Shown here: piece after piece, positions 1-7,470 of the stretch
How positions within the stretch are numbered: the first letter of the stretch is position 1
Layout: the number at the start of each line of letters is the position of its first letter
From: an uncultured Verrucomicrobiae bacterium
GTDB taxonomy: Bacteria > Verrucomicrobiota > Verrucomicrobiia > Chthoniobacterales > JAFAMB01
NCBI GenBank assembly: GCA_963837955.1
Contig: CAWIPH010000002.1
Location: forward strand, 4,384,001-4,448,000
Length of the DNA: 64,000 nucleotides
Direction of reading: 5' to 3'
Translations under genes and position numbers: made by a program
The notes under the pieces: generated by a model
The model's database searches: none
Told to the model about the DNA's origin: nothing
Seen by the model: the letters and a program-made list of their open reading frames with translations, nothing else

Positions 1-1
1 C

Positions 2-931
2 CTTCCTGATCTACTCATATTTCTCGAGGTTGCGCGATTGGGCAGCATCTCGAAAGCTGCCCGCCGGCTGCATACGGTTCAGACAAATGTGTCGGCGCGG
101 ATGCAAAAACTGGAAGCGACCTTAGGTAGCAGGCTATTGACTCGCACCAGTCGAGGAATCCATCTGACAGCGGCCGGCGAGGCTTTATTGCCGGTCGCGC
201 GGCGTTTAGCGTCATTGCTTGGCGAGCTCGGACAAATCTTCCCAAAATCTACAATCCGGCATTCTGGACTCTTGCGCGTCGGAAGTTTGGAGACATTTGC
301 CGCAACCCACCTGGCTGGGCTGATCGCGAGTTGCCAAGCAAACGATCCACGCGCCGAGTTTACGATCACCTCGGGAAGCTCGCGTTCCCTCGCCCAGATG
401 TTGCAGGAAGATCAGCTTGATGTCGCGTTTGTTTCTTACCCGGCCTCAGCGGACACCCTTCGAACAGAGCTCACCATTAAGGAAGAACTCGTGTTACTTA
501 CTCCCCGAAAGGGCGGGAGCAATCTTCACCCGAAGCATCAGCTCGCGCTTAGCGATTTGCCCTTGATCGTTCAGCGTCAGGCGTGCTCGTACTCAGAACG
601 ATTTCTTTCCTACACGAGGGAACACGATCGGCGAGTCCGACGTATAATCGAGGCGGGTTCTATCGAAACGCTTCTGGGTCTTGTCGAGCAAGGTCTTGGC
701 GTTGCCGTTGCACCACGAAGCCTGGTAAGTGGCTCTACTCGGCGAGTCAGAACCATTCCGTTAAACGCTTTGGGAGCCCAGCGTTGGGTAAACATTCACC
801 TGGTAAGCAGCCAAGTCCGATCGAACCAGTTTCTCAGCCGCTTCGTGGATCATTGCCGAGAGCGCTTCGCAGGAGGAGAAAAACCACTCCGACAGCGCTC
901 TTTGCGGCCGAAGCAAAACGGCACGGCTTAA
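2..931 (+). CDS. LysR-family transcriptional regulator (5' end lies just upstream of the window)
   Basis: Frame is open from base 2: LPDLLIFLEVARLGSISKAARRLHTVQTNVSARMQKLEATLG is a LysR HTH, followed by a LysR substrate-binding domain (LRVGSLETFAA...LDVAFV...VEQGLGVAVAP). Confidence 0.93.
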   Translation, partial: LPDLLIFLEVARLGSISKAARRLHTVQTNVSARMQKLEATLGSRLLTRTSRGIHLTAAGEALLPVARRLASLLGELGQIFPKSTIRHSGLLRVGSLETFAATHLAGLIASCQANDPRAEFTITSGSSRSLAQMLQEDQLDVAFVSYPASADTLRTELTIKEELVLLTPRKGGSNLHPKHQLALSDLPLIVQRQACSYSERFLSYTREHDRRVRRIIEAGSIETLLGLVEQGLGVAVAPRSLVSGSTRRVRTIPLNALGAQRWVNIHLVSSQVRSNQFLSRFVDHCRERFAGGEKPLRQRSLRPKQNGTA

Positions 932-948
932 CCCGCACAGACTAATCG

Positions 949-982
949 CCCGGAGACCGATCCGTAAGATCGGCCTCCCGGG
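949..982. terminator. GC-rich hairpin between convergent LysR and TonB receptor genes
   Basis: CCCGG..CCGATC-CGTAA-GATCGG..CCGGG stem-loop; no clear U-tract. Confidence 0.4.
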
Positions 983-992
983 ACAGGGATAG

Positions 993-3716
993 TTAGAACG
1001 TGATCTTCAGACCACCGGAAAAGGTTGGTCCGTAGTACTCATTCTGAAGAGGGTGACTAGCGTCTCCGGCATAGAACCGAAGCGGTCCATTGTTCAAGTT
1101 ATTACCTTCAACATAGACGGTGATATTCTTGTCGATGGCATACTGGACTTTGGCGTCCACTTGGAGGTAACCATCGAAATAAGTATCGGCAGATGCGGGT
1201 ACAGTTCCCGTTGACAGCGTTCGAGCCGGGGCTCCAACGGCCAGCAAGTTATGTCCGGTGAAACTCGCACCGACATAGACCGTCCAATTATATTTCTGAT
1301 AGAAAAGACCCGCATTCCAGATGACACCGGCTTGACTGGGTAAGCTCGTTTCCGGCCTTCCCGGGTGAGTCTGGCCCCACGAGAAAATACGAGAGAAACT
1401 GCCTCTTATCCCCAAACCATCCAGCGGACAGGGCAGAAACCGGAACTGTTGTTCGTACTGCAACTCTATGCCGTAAATCCGGGCATGGTTGATCGATGAA
1501 AAAGAGACGTTAGCGCCACCAGCCGAATTGATAAAGTAATCCTGGACAATGTAGTCGCTAATTTCTTTGTCAAAACCAGAAATGCTCACAATAGCTCCCG
1601 GCGCCGGATAATATTCGATGGAAGCATCAAAATTATGCGATCGCGTCGCCGGCAGATTTCCATTCCCGAATGTCTGGCTGGCAGTTCCTTCTGTGCCGGG
1701 AATCGTCGCTTGGAGATCACCGTTCTCAATCGCCGGAACGCCTTGCTGGAAAGTTGGCCGAGAGATGGACTTAGAATAGCCCAAACGCAACACCAGGTTG
1801 GGACTGACATCGTACTTGAGTTGCAGGTTGGGTAGAACGTTTACATAGTCTTTGCCGCCGTTAGCGGGAAAGGTTCCTACGAGAGTGTTAGTCGCGTCAA
1901 AAATTCCCTGATTAAAACTGTAGGAAAAATTCGTCCCCTCGACCCGCACTCCACCCACGACAGTTAGTTTATCGAATGTGACCGTATACATTCCGTAGCC
2001 GGCGTATACATTCTCATCCGCCGACCAGGTTCCGATAGCGTTTGGCACCGTTTCATTTATTGCCGTCGAATATTGAGGGTTATGAGCCAGAATCGACTCG
2101 ATGTTATTGGATATCTGCGGCCCCAGACGATACTTGTGCGAATAGATAGTCGCGAAATTATCGCTCAGCACTTGATCTAGAAACAAAGAATTACTGGTGC
2201 CGCTCGGATCGTTGGCGTTGCGTCCGGAATAAGTTTGGTCAAAGCTCCGATTCCGTAGTCGCGCGCTGGCTCCAAATTGAAGGAGGCCAGGATTACTCCC
2301 GATCGCTAAGGGAATCTTAATGTTGCCTTGAACAGCGAAAATACCATCGCTCGAAGAGAAACTTTGGTTGACCGAACTGGTGAAGGTATAATTATGCGGA
2401 TTGTTTTGACCAAACAGATTGTTCAAACTGATGGTCGGCCAATCTCCTTGGTGTCCTTGGTTGTTATAACCCACTGTTCCGGTAATCGTTCCCGGTATAC
2501 TACTGAAGTTGTAGATGTTGTAGTAGGGCTGATCTTGACTGGCTTGGGAATAGGATACCTTGTAGTCGAGGCCGATATCACAGATCTTATGTTCGCCCCC
2601 TACAATCACGGTGAAGAACCGATTTTCCTGCAACGTATTCTCCATATCCTTTTTCACCGAGACATTCCCAGGAGTCGTGACAAAACCCCCGCCCGGAATG
2701 AGATTGGCTGGGGTCGTCGCGTCCAGACCGCTGTAGACCGTTTCAAAACGCGGTTGACGATATTCGTCATAGCCGCCGTAGACGAAATTCAGATAGAATC
2801 GATTGTTCGCATCCAGCTTTAAATCGATATTGGTTCCAACGCCGGCTCGGCGGCGTTCATAGGTATAGAACCGAAGATTATAGGAACTGATGGATTTGTC
2901 GTTGATGGCCGTGCCTGGCGTCGAGTAGCTTTCTTCCAAGTCATCGATCCCGAACTGCTTCCAATCGAACAAGCCCGCCACTAGAATCCCGAGTTTGGCT
3001 TCCGGCCCGATACAGAAAGTATCTGCAAGAATGAAGCTTCCATATGCGCTGGGCCTGTACCGGAGAGTATTATACCCGCCCTCGAGAGTAGTCTCAGAAT
3101 AGAACCCCTTGTAATCAAATGCGCTTTTGGGCTCGAGGTTAAGCTGACCGCCAATCCCTTGGCCGTCCATGTTGGGAAGGAGCGTTTTGATAACATCGAT
3201 ATTTGAGACCAAGTCAGCTGGCACAGAATCCAAGGGGACAGCCCGGAATCCGGGGAAATAAGAAGGAAGAACAACCCCGTTGTAGGTGATGATATTCAAA
3301 TTCGCGTCCGTGCCTCGGATCTGGGCGAAGCGAGGTTCGCTGGTATCATGCTGGACGGAAACTCCAGGAAGCTGCTGCACGGCTTGCCCGATGGTTTTCA
3401 CCGGTGTCTGCTGAATGTTCTGGTACGACAGGATATCGATTTCGTTTGACGAATCATGCTGCTCATCGAAGGCCGAAGCTTGATCAAGGCGAGGTGCAGT
3501 GGTGGCGGTTACGACCACCGTGGGAAGCTGAGATTGGTCCGTCGCGTTCTTTTTGGCGCCTGGAGACGGCTGGCCAGCGGCCACATCCGTGCCCGGACCG
3601 GAGTCGGGGGGAGGATCAGCCGCTTGAGCTACGGATCCATGTAGACCTATTAGCGCCACCATAGCAGCAAGAAATACCCTGCTGCCACCGACTAAACTTT
3701 CACAAATTGTAGTCAT
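993..3716 (-). CDS. TonB-dependent outer-membrane receptor
   Basis: Signal peptide, TonB box-like LPTVVVTAT, plug motif (IGQAVQQLPGVSV...QIRG...NIDVIKTLLPNMDG.GIGG.LN), barrel strands, C-terminal Phe (GLKITF). Confidence 0.93.
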   Translation of the reverse strand: MTTICESLVGGSRVFLAAMVALIGLHGSVAQAADPPPDSGPGTDVAAGQPSPGAKKNATDQSQLPTVVVTATTAPRLDQASAFDEQHDSSNEIDILSYQNIQQTPVKTIGQAVQQLPGVSVQHDTSEPRFAQIRGTDANLNIITYNGVVLPSYFPGFRAVPLDSVPADLVSNIDVIKTLLPNMDGQGIGGQLNLEPKSAFDYKGFYSETTLEGGYNTLRYRPSAYGSFILADTFCIGPEAKLGILVAGLFDWKQFGIDDLEESYSTPGTAINDKSISSYNLRFYTYERRRAGVGTNIDLKLDANNRFYLNFVYGGYDEYRQPRFETVYSGLDATTPANLIPGGGFVTTPGNVSVKKDMENTLQENRFFTVIVGGEHKICDIGLDYKVSYSQASQDQPYYNIYNFSSIPGTITGTVGYNNQGHQGDWPTISLNNLFGQNNPHNYTFTSSVNQSFSSSDGIFAVQGNIKIPLAIGSNPGLLQFGASARLRNRSFDQTYSGRNANDPSGTSNSLFLDQVLSDNFATIYSHKYRLGPQISNNIESILAHNPQYSTAINETVPNAIGTWSADENVYAGYGMYTVTFDKLTVVGGVRVEGTNFSYSFNQGIFDATNTLVGTFPANGGKDYVNVLPNLQLKYDVSPNLVLRLGYSKSISRPTFQQGVPAIENGDLQATIPGTEGTASQTFGNGNLPATRSHNFDASIEYYPAPGAIVSISGFDKEISDYIVQDYFINSAGGANVSFSSINHARIYGIELQYEQQFRFLPCPLDGLGIRGSFSRIFSWGQTHPGRPETSLPSQAGVIWNAGLFYQKYNWTVYVGASFTGHNLLAVGAPARTLSTGTVPASADTYFDGYLQVDAKVQYAIDKNITVYVEGNNLNNGPLRFYAGDASHPLQNEYYGPTFSGGLKITF

Positions 3717-3862
3717 TTCTTTCCCTGGTTGAGTCGGCTAGGTGTAGGTACGGTGTGTGTCGTTTTGATGACTGTTCTGCAACAATCTGGGTACATCGCA
3801 ACCTTGAGAACGCGTTCTGCACGATTTTCCGCCTTCTCTCCAACAGCCAGTGATACAGAAAG

Positions 3863-3930
3863 AGTAGCCTGATGCTCCGCCTCAGGAATCCAAGGCGCGC
3901 CAATCTCCTGAGGCGGAGCATCAGGCTACT
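3863..3930. repeat. REPIN-like doublet: perfect 25-bp inverted repeat with 18-nt spacer
   Basis: AGTAGCCTGATGCTCCGCCTCAGGA (3863-3887) / TCCTGAGGCGGAGCATCAGGCTACT (3906-3930); each arm is GTAG plus an internal palindrome CCTGA..TCAGG. Confidence 0.8.
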
Positions 3931-4030
3931 GCCAATAGACGGAAAGGATCCGGGGCATTAACCTCGAAACACTTCGATCTGAACCAAGGCTCAGCCCCGT
4001 TAAACGGTCAGTCGAAACGCCTCTTCCGGG

Positions 4031-4828
4031 CTAAACTGCAGCGACGACCGGATTCGTCAGCGTGCCGATCTTCTCCAAAGAGATCGACACGGTGTCCCCC
4101 GGCCGCAAATAGCGGGGTGGCTTGGCCGCCATGCCGACTCCATGCGGTGTCCCTGTAAGAATCACTGTTCCCGGGATCAGTGTAGTACTTTGGCTGAGAA
4201 ATGAAATGAGCGCCGGAACATCGAAGATCATGTCGTTGGTATTCCAATCCTGCACGATGTTACTGTTCAAAATAGTCTGAATTTTGAGCGCATTCGGGTT
4301 GGGAATTTCGTCGGCCGTAACGATGACAGGACCGAGCGGGCAGAAAGTATCGAAACTCTTGCCGCGGCACCATTGCCCCCCACCCCATTTCAATTGCCAA
4401 TCTCGAGCACTGACATCGTTCGCGCAGGTATAACCGAACACATAGTCGAGCGATTTTTCCGGCGGAACGTTCTTACAATTCTTGCCAATCACGACGGCCA
4501 ATTCACATTCGTAGTCGACTTCCTGACTGGAACTGGGGATCTCAATCGGATCTCCTGGATTCTGCAAACTGTTCAGTAATTTGATGAAAACAATCGGCCG
4601 TTCCGGGATCTTAGCCCCGCTTTCTTCAGCATGCCGCCGGTAGTTAAGCCCGATACCAATAAGGCTTGTCGGAGCGATGGGTGCGAGTCTCCTTTTCACT
4701 TCGGCGGTCTTCCCGGTCGGCTCAGGAGCGACGAAAAGATCGCCAGTGAGCTCCATTACTTTGCCGTTCGGTTCTTCGCTACCGTAAAGGAATGCGCCGG
4801 AAGGATCCTCGTATCGAATGATTTTCAT
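4031..4828 (-). CDS. Fumarylacetoacetate hydrolase family protein
   Basis: IGIGLNYRRHAEE, VDYECELAVVIGK, YTCANDVSARDWQ, GKSFDTFCPLGP, ILTGTPHGVG motifs. Confidence 0.95.
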   Translation of the reverse strand: MKIIRYEDPSGAFLYGSEEPNGKVMELTGDLFVAPEPTGKTAEVKRRLAPIAPTSLIGIGLNYRRHAEESGAKIPERPIVFIKLLNSLQNPGDPIEIPSSSQEVDYECELAVVIGKNCKNVPPEKSLDYVFGYTCANDVSARDWQLKWGGGQWCRGKSFDTFCPLGPVIVTADEIPNPNALKIQTILNSNIVQDWNTNDMIFDVPALISFLSQSTTLIPGTVILTGTPHGVGMAAKPPRYLRPGDTVSISLEKIGTLTNPVVAAV

Positions 4829-5260
4829 GAGTTCGTTTGGCAGACGGTATTCAACTCCTGCTCGGCGTCGACGACGATTGCATTTGCCGGACAGCCTAGG
4901 CGCGAAGGCGTATTTTCATGGCGGTTCGCCGCTAATTGCCACGGAGGGCTCTTTTCCGGTGATCGTCGGATATCGGAACGCACGATTATATCGGTAGCCG
5001 AAATTAATTTTCACTGATTATATTCGGCGCAAGCTTTTCAAAGTAGGAGCTTTGCGAATCAGAATTTCTTCCGCGCTGTATTCGCATCAGCGCGAACTTT
5101 GGCTTCATTTTAACGGAAACGAAGGCAAGGCATCTCATCGCCGCGAAGTTTCCCAACCAATTGGGTAGCGTTATTTCAATTTTGATCGTCCGATCGCAAA
5201 TCCAAGCGGTCAACCTCGTCTCATTTTCGCTCTTTTTCGAGAAATTGACCTTTCAATGCA

Positions 5261-5659
5261 GTGTGTTTAAACGGGTCGGCCATGACCTGCTTGTACACAA
5301 ATTTACGAGGGGCGTTGGGCTGGTCAGCCTTCACGCTCATCATTTTGTCGGGTCTGACCACAGGACGGGCAGAACCTGTTAACGATTGTCTAATAGTTGC
5401 CGCGAAGGCGCAGTCCGAGCTTCGGGCCAACACTTGGAATCGTCTGTTAGTCGTCCATTATGAAAAACGCGGGCTGCAACATGTCTACCTCGTTTACGCC
5501 GAACCGTCGGGGATTGTCAGCTTTGACAGCATTCATGGCACGCAGCACTTCCACGTTGAAGAACGCGAGGCATCTGTCCTTGCTCGCACCGTCGATCCTT
5601 TCGCTGCCTGGGGATGGTACGTGGAGGAAAATGTCCACAATCGCATCGTGCAACACTAG
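5261..5659 (+). CDS. Small putative secreted protein with a possible Cys-His-Asp (transglutaminase/papain-like) triad
   Basis: Hydrophobic N-terminal segment ending TGRA; NDC...QHVYLVY...SFD spacing; aligns with the downstream ORF. Start uncertain (ATG 5282 possible). Confidence 0.6.
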   Translation: MCLNGSAMTCLYTNLRGALGWSAFTLIILSGLTTGRAEPVNDCLIVAAKAQSELRANTWNRLLVVHYEKRGLQHVYLVYAEPSGIVSFDSIHGTQHFHVEEREASVLARTVDPFAAWGWYVEENVHNRIVQH

Positions 5660-5680
5660 AGAATCGGGGGCACGTCGACT

Positions 5681-6088
5681 ATGGGCAAAACATCCTTCTC
5701 GTTGGTCCTACCCATTTTGCTTCACGCATCGGTGTACGGCCAAGGCCTCGAATATTGGCAATCTATTGAAACACCGGGTTCCGTACCTGGCATATTCATT
5801 TCCGGATTAAACACTCGGATTCTGCGCCAGATCATAGAGGCCTACCAGGAACTCCCGGCAACAGTTTGGAAACGGCTGGTTGAAGTCCGGACCGAGAGCG
5901 GACGCCTCATTGGTTTGTACCTCGTCTTCAATCTTCACGGGTCCTATTTTTCTTACAACCCCTCGCGCGGCAGTCAGCGAATTTGGCCAAATGCCAGGTC
6001 AGCTGACTCCCTGGCTCGGGCCACTAATCCTGGAGTGACTGTTACCGGATCTTTCGTGGACGCTCCCAGAACGTTAGCGGCGGAATAA
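5681..6088 (+). CDS. Small secreted protein, paralog of the upstream ORF
   Basis: Signal peptide MGKTSFSLVLPILLHASVYG; shared pattern EL.A..W.RL..V......L..YLV........S.....G.Q......R.A..LAR...P. Confidence 0.65.
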   Translation: MGKTSFSLVLPILLHASVYGQGLEYWQSIETPGSVPGIFISGLNTRILRQIIEAYQELPATVWKRLVEVRTESGRLIGLYLVFNLHGSYFSYNPSRGSQRIWPNARSADSLARATNPGVTVTGSFVDAPRTLAAE

Positions 6089-6106
6089 GCAAAAAATCGC
6101 AGCCGA

Positions 6107-6455
6107 ATCGTGCTCGTCGTCGTGCTCGTCCTCGAAAGCGCCCAGAACGATCGGGCAAAAACTTGAATTCGCACGCTTGTCGCGCCGTAGGCCTGGCGAA
6201 GGCAGAAGCCTGCGCCGCCGCCAGCTGCGCGGGCTTTTCGCCAAGCCCCCTGATACGGCGCGTCAAAAGCGGCGCCGACTGCGGCCCGGCTAGGTGCACC
6301 TGCCGAAGAGCGGGGAGGGATCGCGTCCTCGCGATCCGCGGCGCACGAGGATCCGACGTCGCCTCAAGTATTCTGCACCAGGCATCCGAAAGGGCTATGT
6401 CGGACAGGCTGTGCGCCCTCCCCTCCGGAGGCGAGAACCAGACGTCGGCCAAATG
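6107..6455. repeat. Composite intergenic repeat cluster (TCGTSC hexamers plus REP-like hairpins), related to 37328-37545
   Basis: ATCGTGCTCGTCGTCGT(G/C)CTCG, GGAGGGATCGCGTCCTCGCGATCCGCGGCGCACGAGGA and GAGAACCAGAC(G/A)TCGGCC recur at 37.3-37.5 kb. Confidence 0.7.
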
Positions 6456-6561
6456 TCGCCCCCTCTTTTGGGGACTGATCAAGAGCTTCCATATATTCAC
6501 GCATATTCGCGGCCGCGGGCTTTGTGGCGGCCAGACGTTCGGGATACGCACGTCCTCAAAG

Positions 6562-7422
6562 CTAGCCAGGGCGCGCCGTGGCTTGCAAAGCTGGCGTCGG
6601 CATCAGTGTTTCCTCGGGCGGGCGTTGCGATATCTTCGTCATTAAAGATAACATCTCCGCCAGGCAGACCCCGGCTACGATCGATGCTCGATCGAGCGCG
6701 TCGGCCGCCGACGCGGCCTGGCCGCTCTGCAGTCGCGAGATTCCAAGGTTGAGATGCCGGAGAATGGAGTGGAACCACTGAAGCGCAAGATTGAATTGCT
6801 CGGCAGGCGGCAGTTTGTCCGCCTTCTCCAATCGCTCGACCTTAGCGACATAGGCTCCATGCAGAGAAACCAGACAACACCGGCAAAAGAGCAGGAGGAA
6901 TTCCTGAGTTTCCGTGATGGTCAGGACCTTGGCATTCGCCAAGCCCGCCACGACCCAGAGAATCGGTTTGTCGTAATAGGCGAAATAAATCTCAATCGCG
7001 CCGCGACAATCGTGTGCCTTCAGTTCACCACGCGCTGCAGGGTCGGATTTAAACGACCGGAGCGATCGGTGTAGGGTAAGCCGGAGATTGTCGGACGGCG
7101 CGGCCAAGATCACATCGAGCTCGGATTTGGCTTCGCCAATAATTGGTCCTCGGGCGATGACACCGTCAACCAATGAAATGGGACTTCGTTCGTGGAGCTG
7201 CCGATCCGGCTGCCAGCAATAACCGAACAAAACGGGGCTCTCGACGAAGTGGGCCAGCGTTTTGATAAACGCGTCGATGCAGGCATCAACCGTAAACTGC
7301 GGCGTCGCGTGCTTTACAAATAGGTTAACGGCCGCCGCCAGTTGACGAATGTCCAGCGTTTGATCTTTCGAGGAGTCCGCGCTCATGCCAATAGGGTATT
7401 GCGGAAACTCTTCTAACCCCAA
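6562..7422 (-). CDS. Hypothetical protein, possibly GAF-like domain followed by a helical His-containing segment
   Basis: 286-aa ORF directly downstream of, and co-oriented with, the TonB receptor; no confidently recognised family; start may be ATG 7386. Confidence 0.55.
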   Translation of the reverse strand: MGLEEFPQYPIGMSADSSKDQTLDIRQLAAAVNLFVKHATPQFTVDACIDAFIKTLAHFVESPVLFGYCWQPDRQLHERSPISLVDGVIARGPIIGEAKSELDVILAAPSDNLRLTLHRSLRSFKSDPAARGELKAHDCRGAIEIYFAYYDKPILWVVAGLANAKVLTITETQEFLLLFCRCCLVSLHGAYVAKVERLEKADKLPPAEQFNLALQWFHSILRHLNLGISRLQSGQAASAADALDRASIVAGVCLAEMLSLMTKISQRPPEETLMPTPALQATARPG

Positions 7423-7470
7423 TCTTCACCAGAGTCCAACTACAGCAACTCCGAGGCCCGGCTTAGTTGC

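Noticed and set aside
3717..4030. Cobalamin/TPP riboswitch upstream of the TonB receptor
   Set aside because: No B12-box or TPP consensus recognised; the main structure is a REP doublet
6042..6778. Several overlapping 90-170 aa ORFs
   Set aside because: They lie over GC-rich palindromic repeats also present at 37.4 kb and have low-complexity Arg/Ala composition
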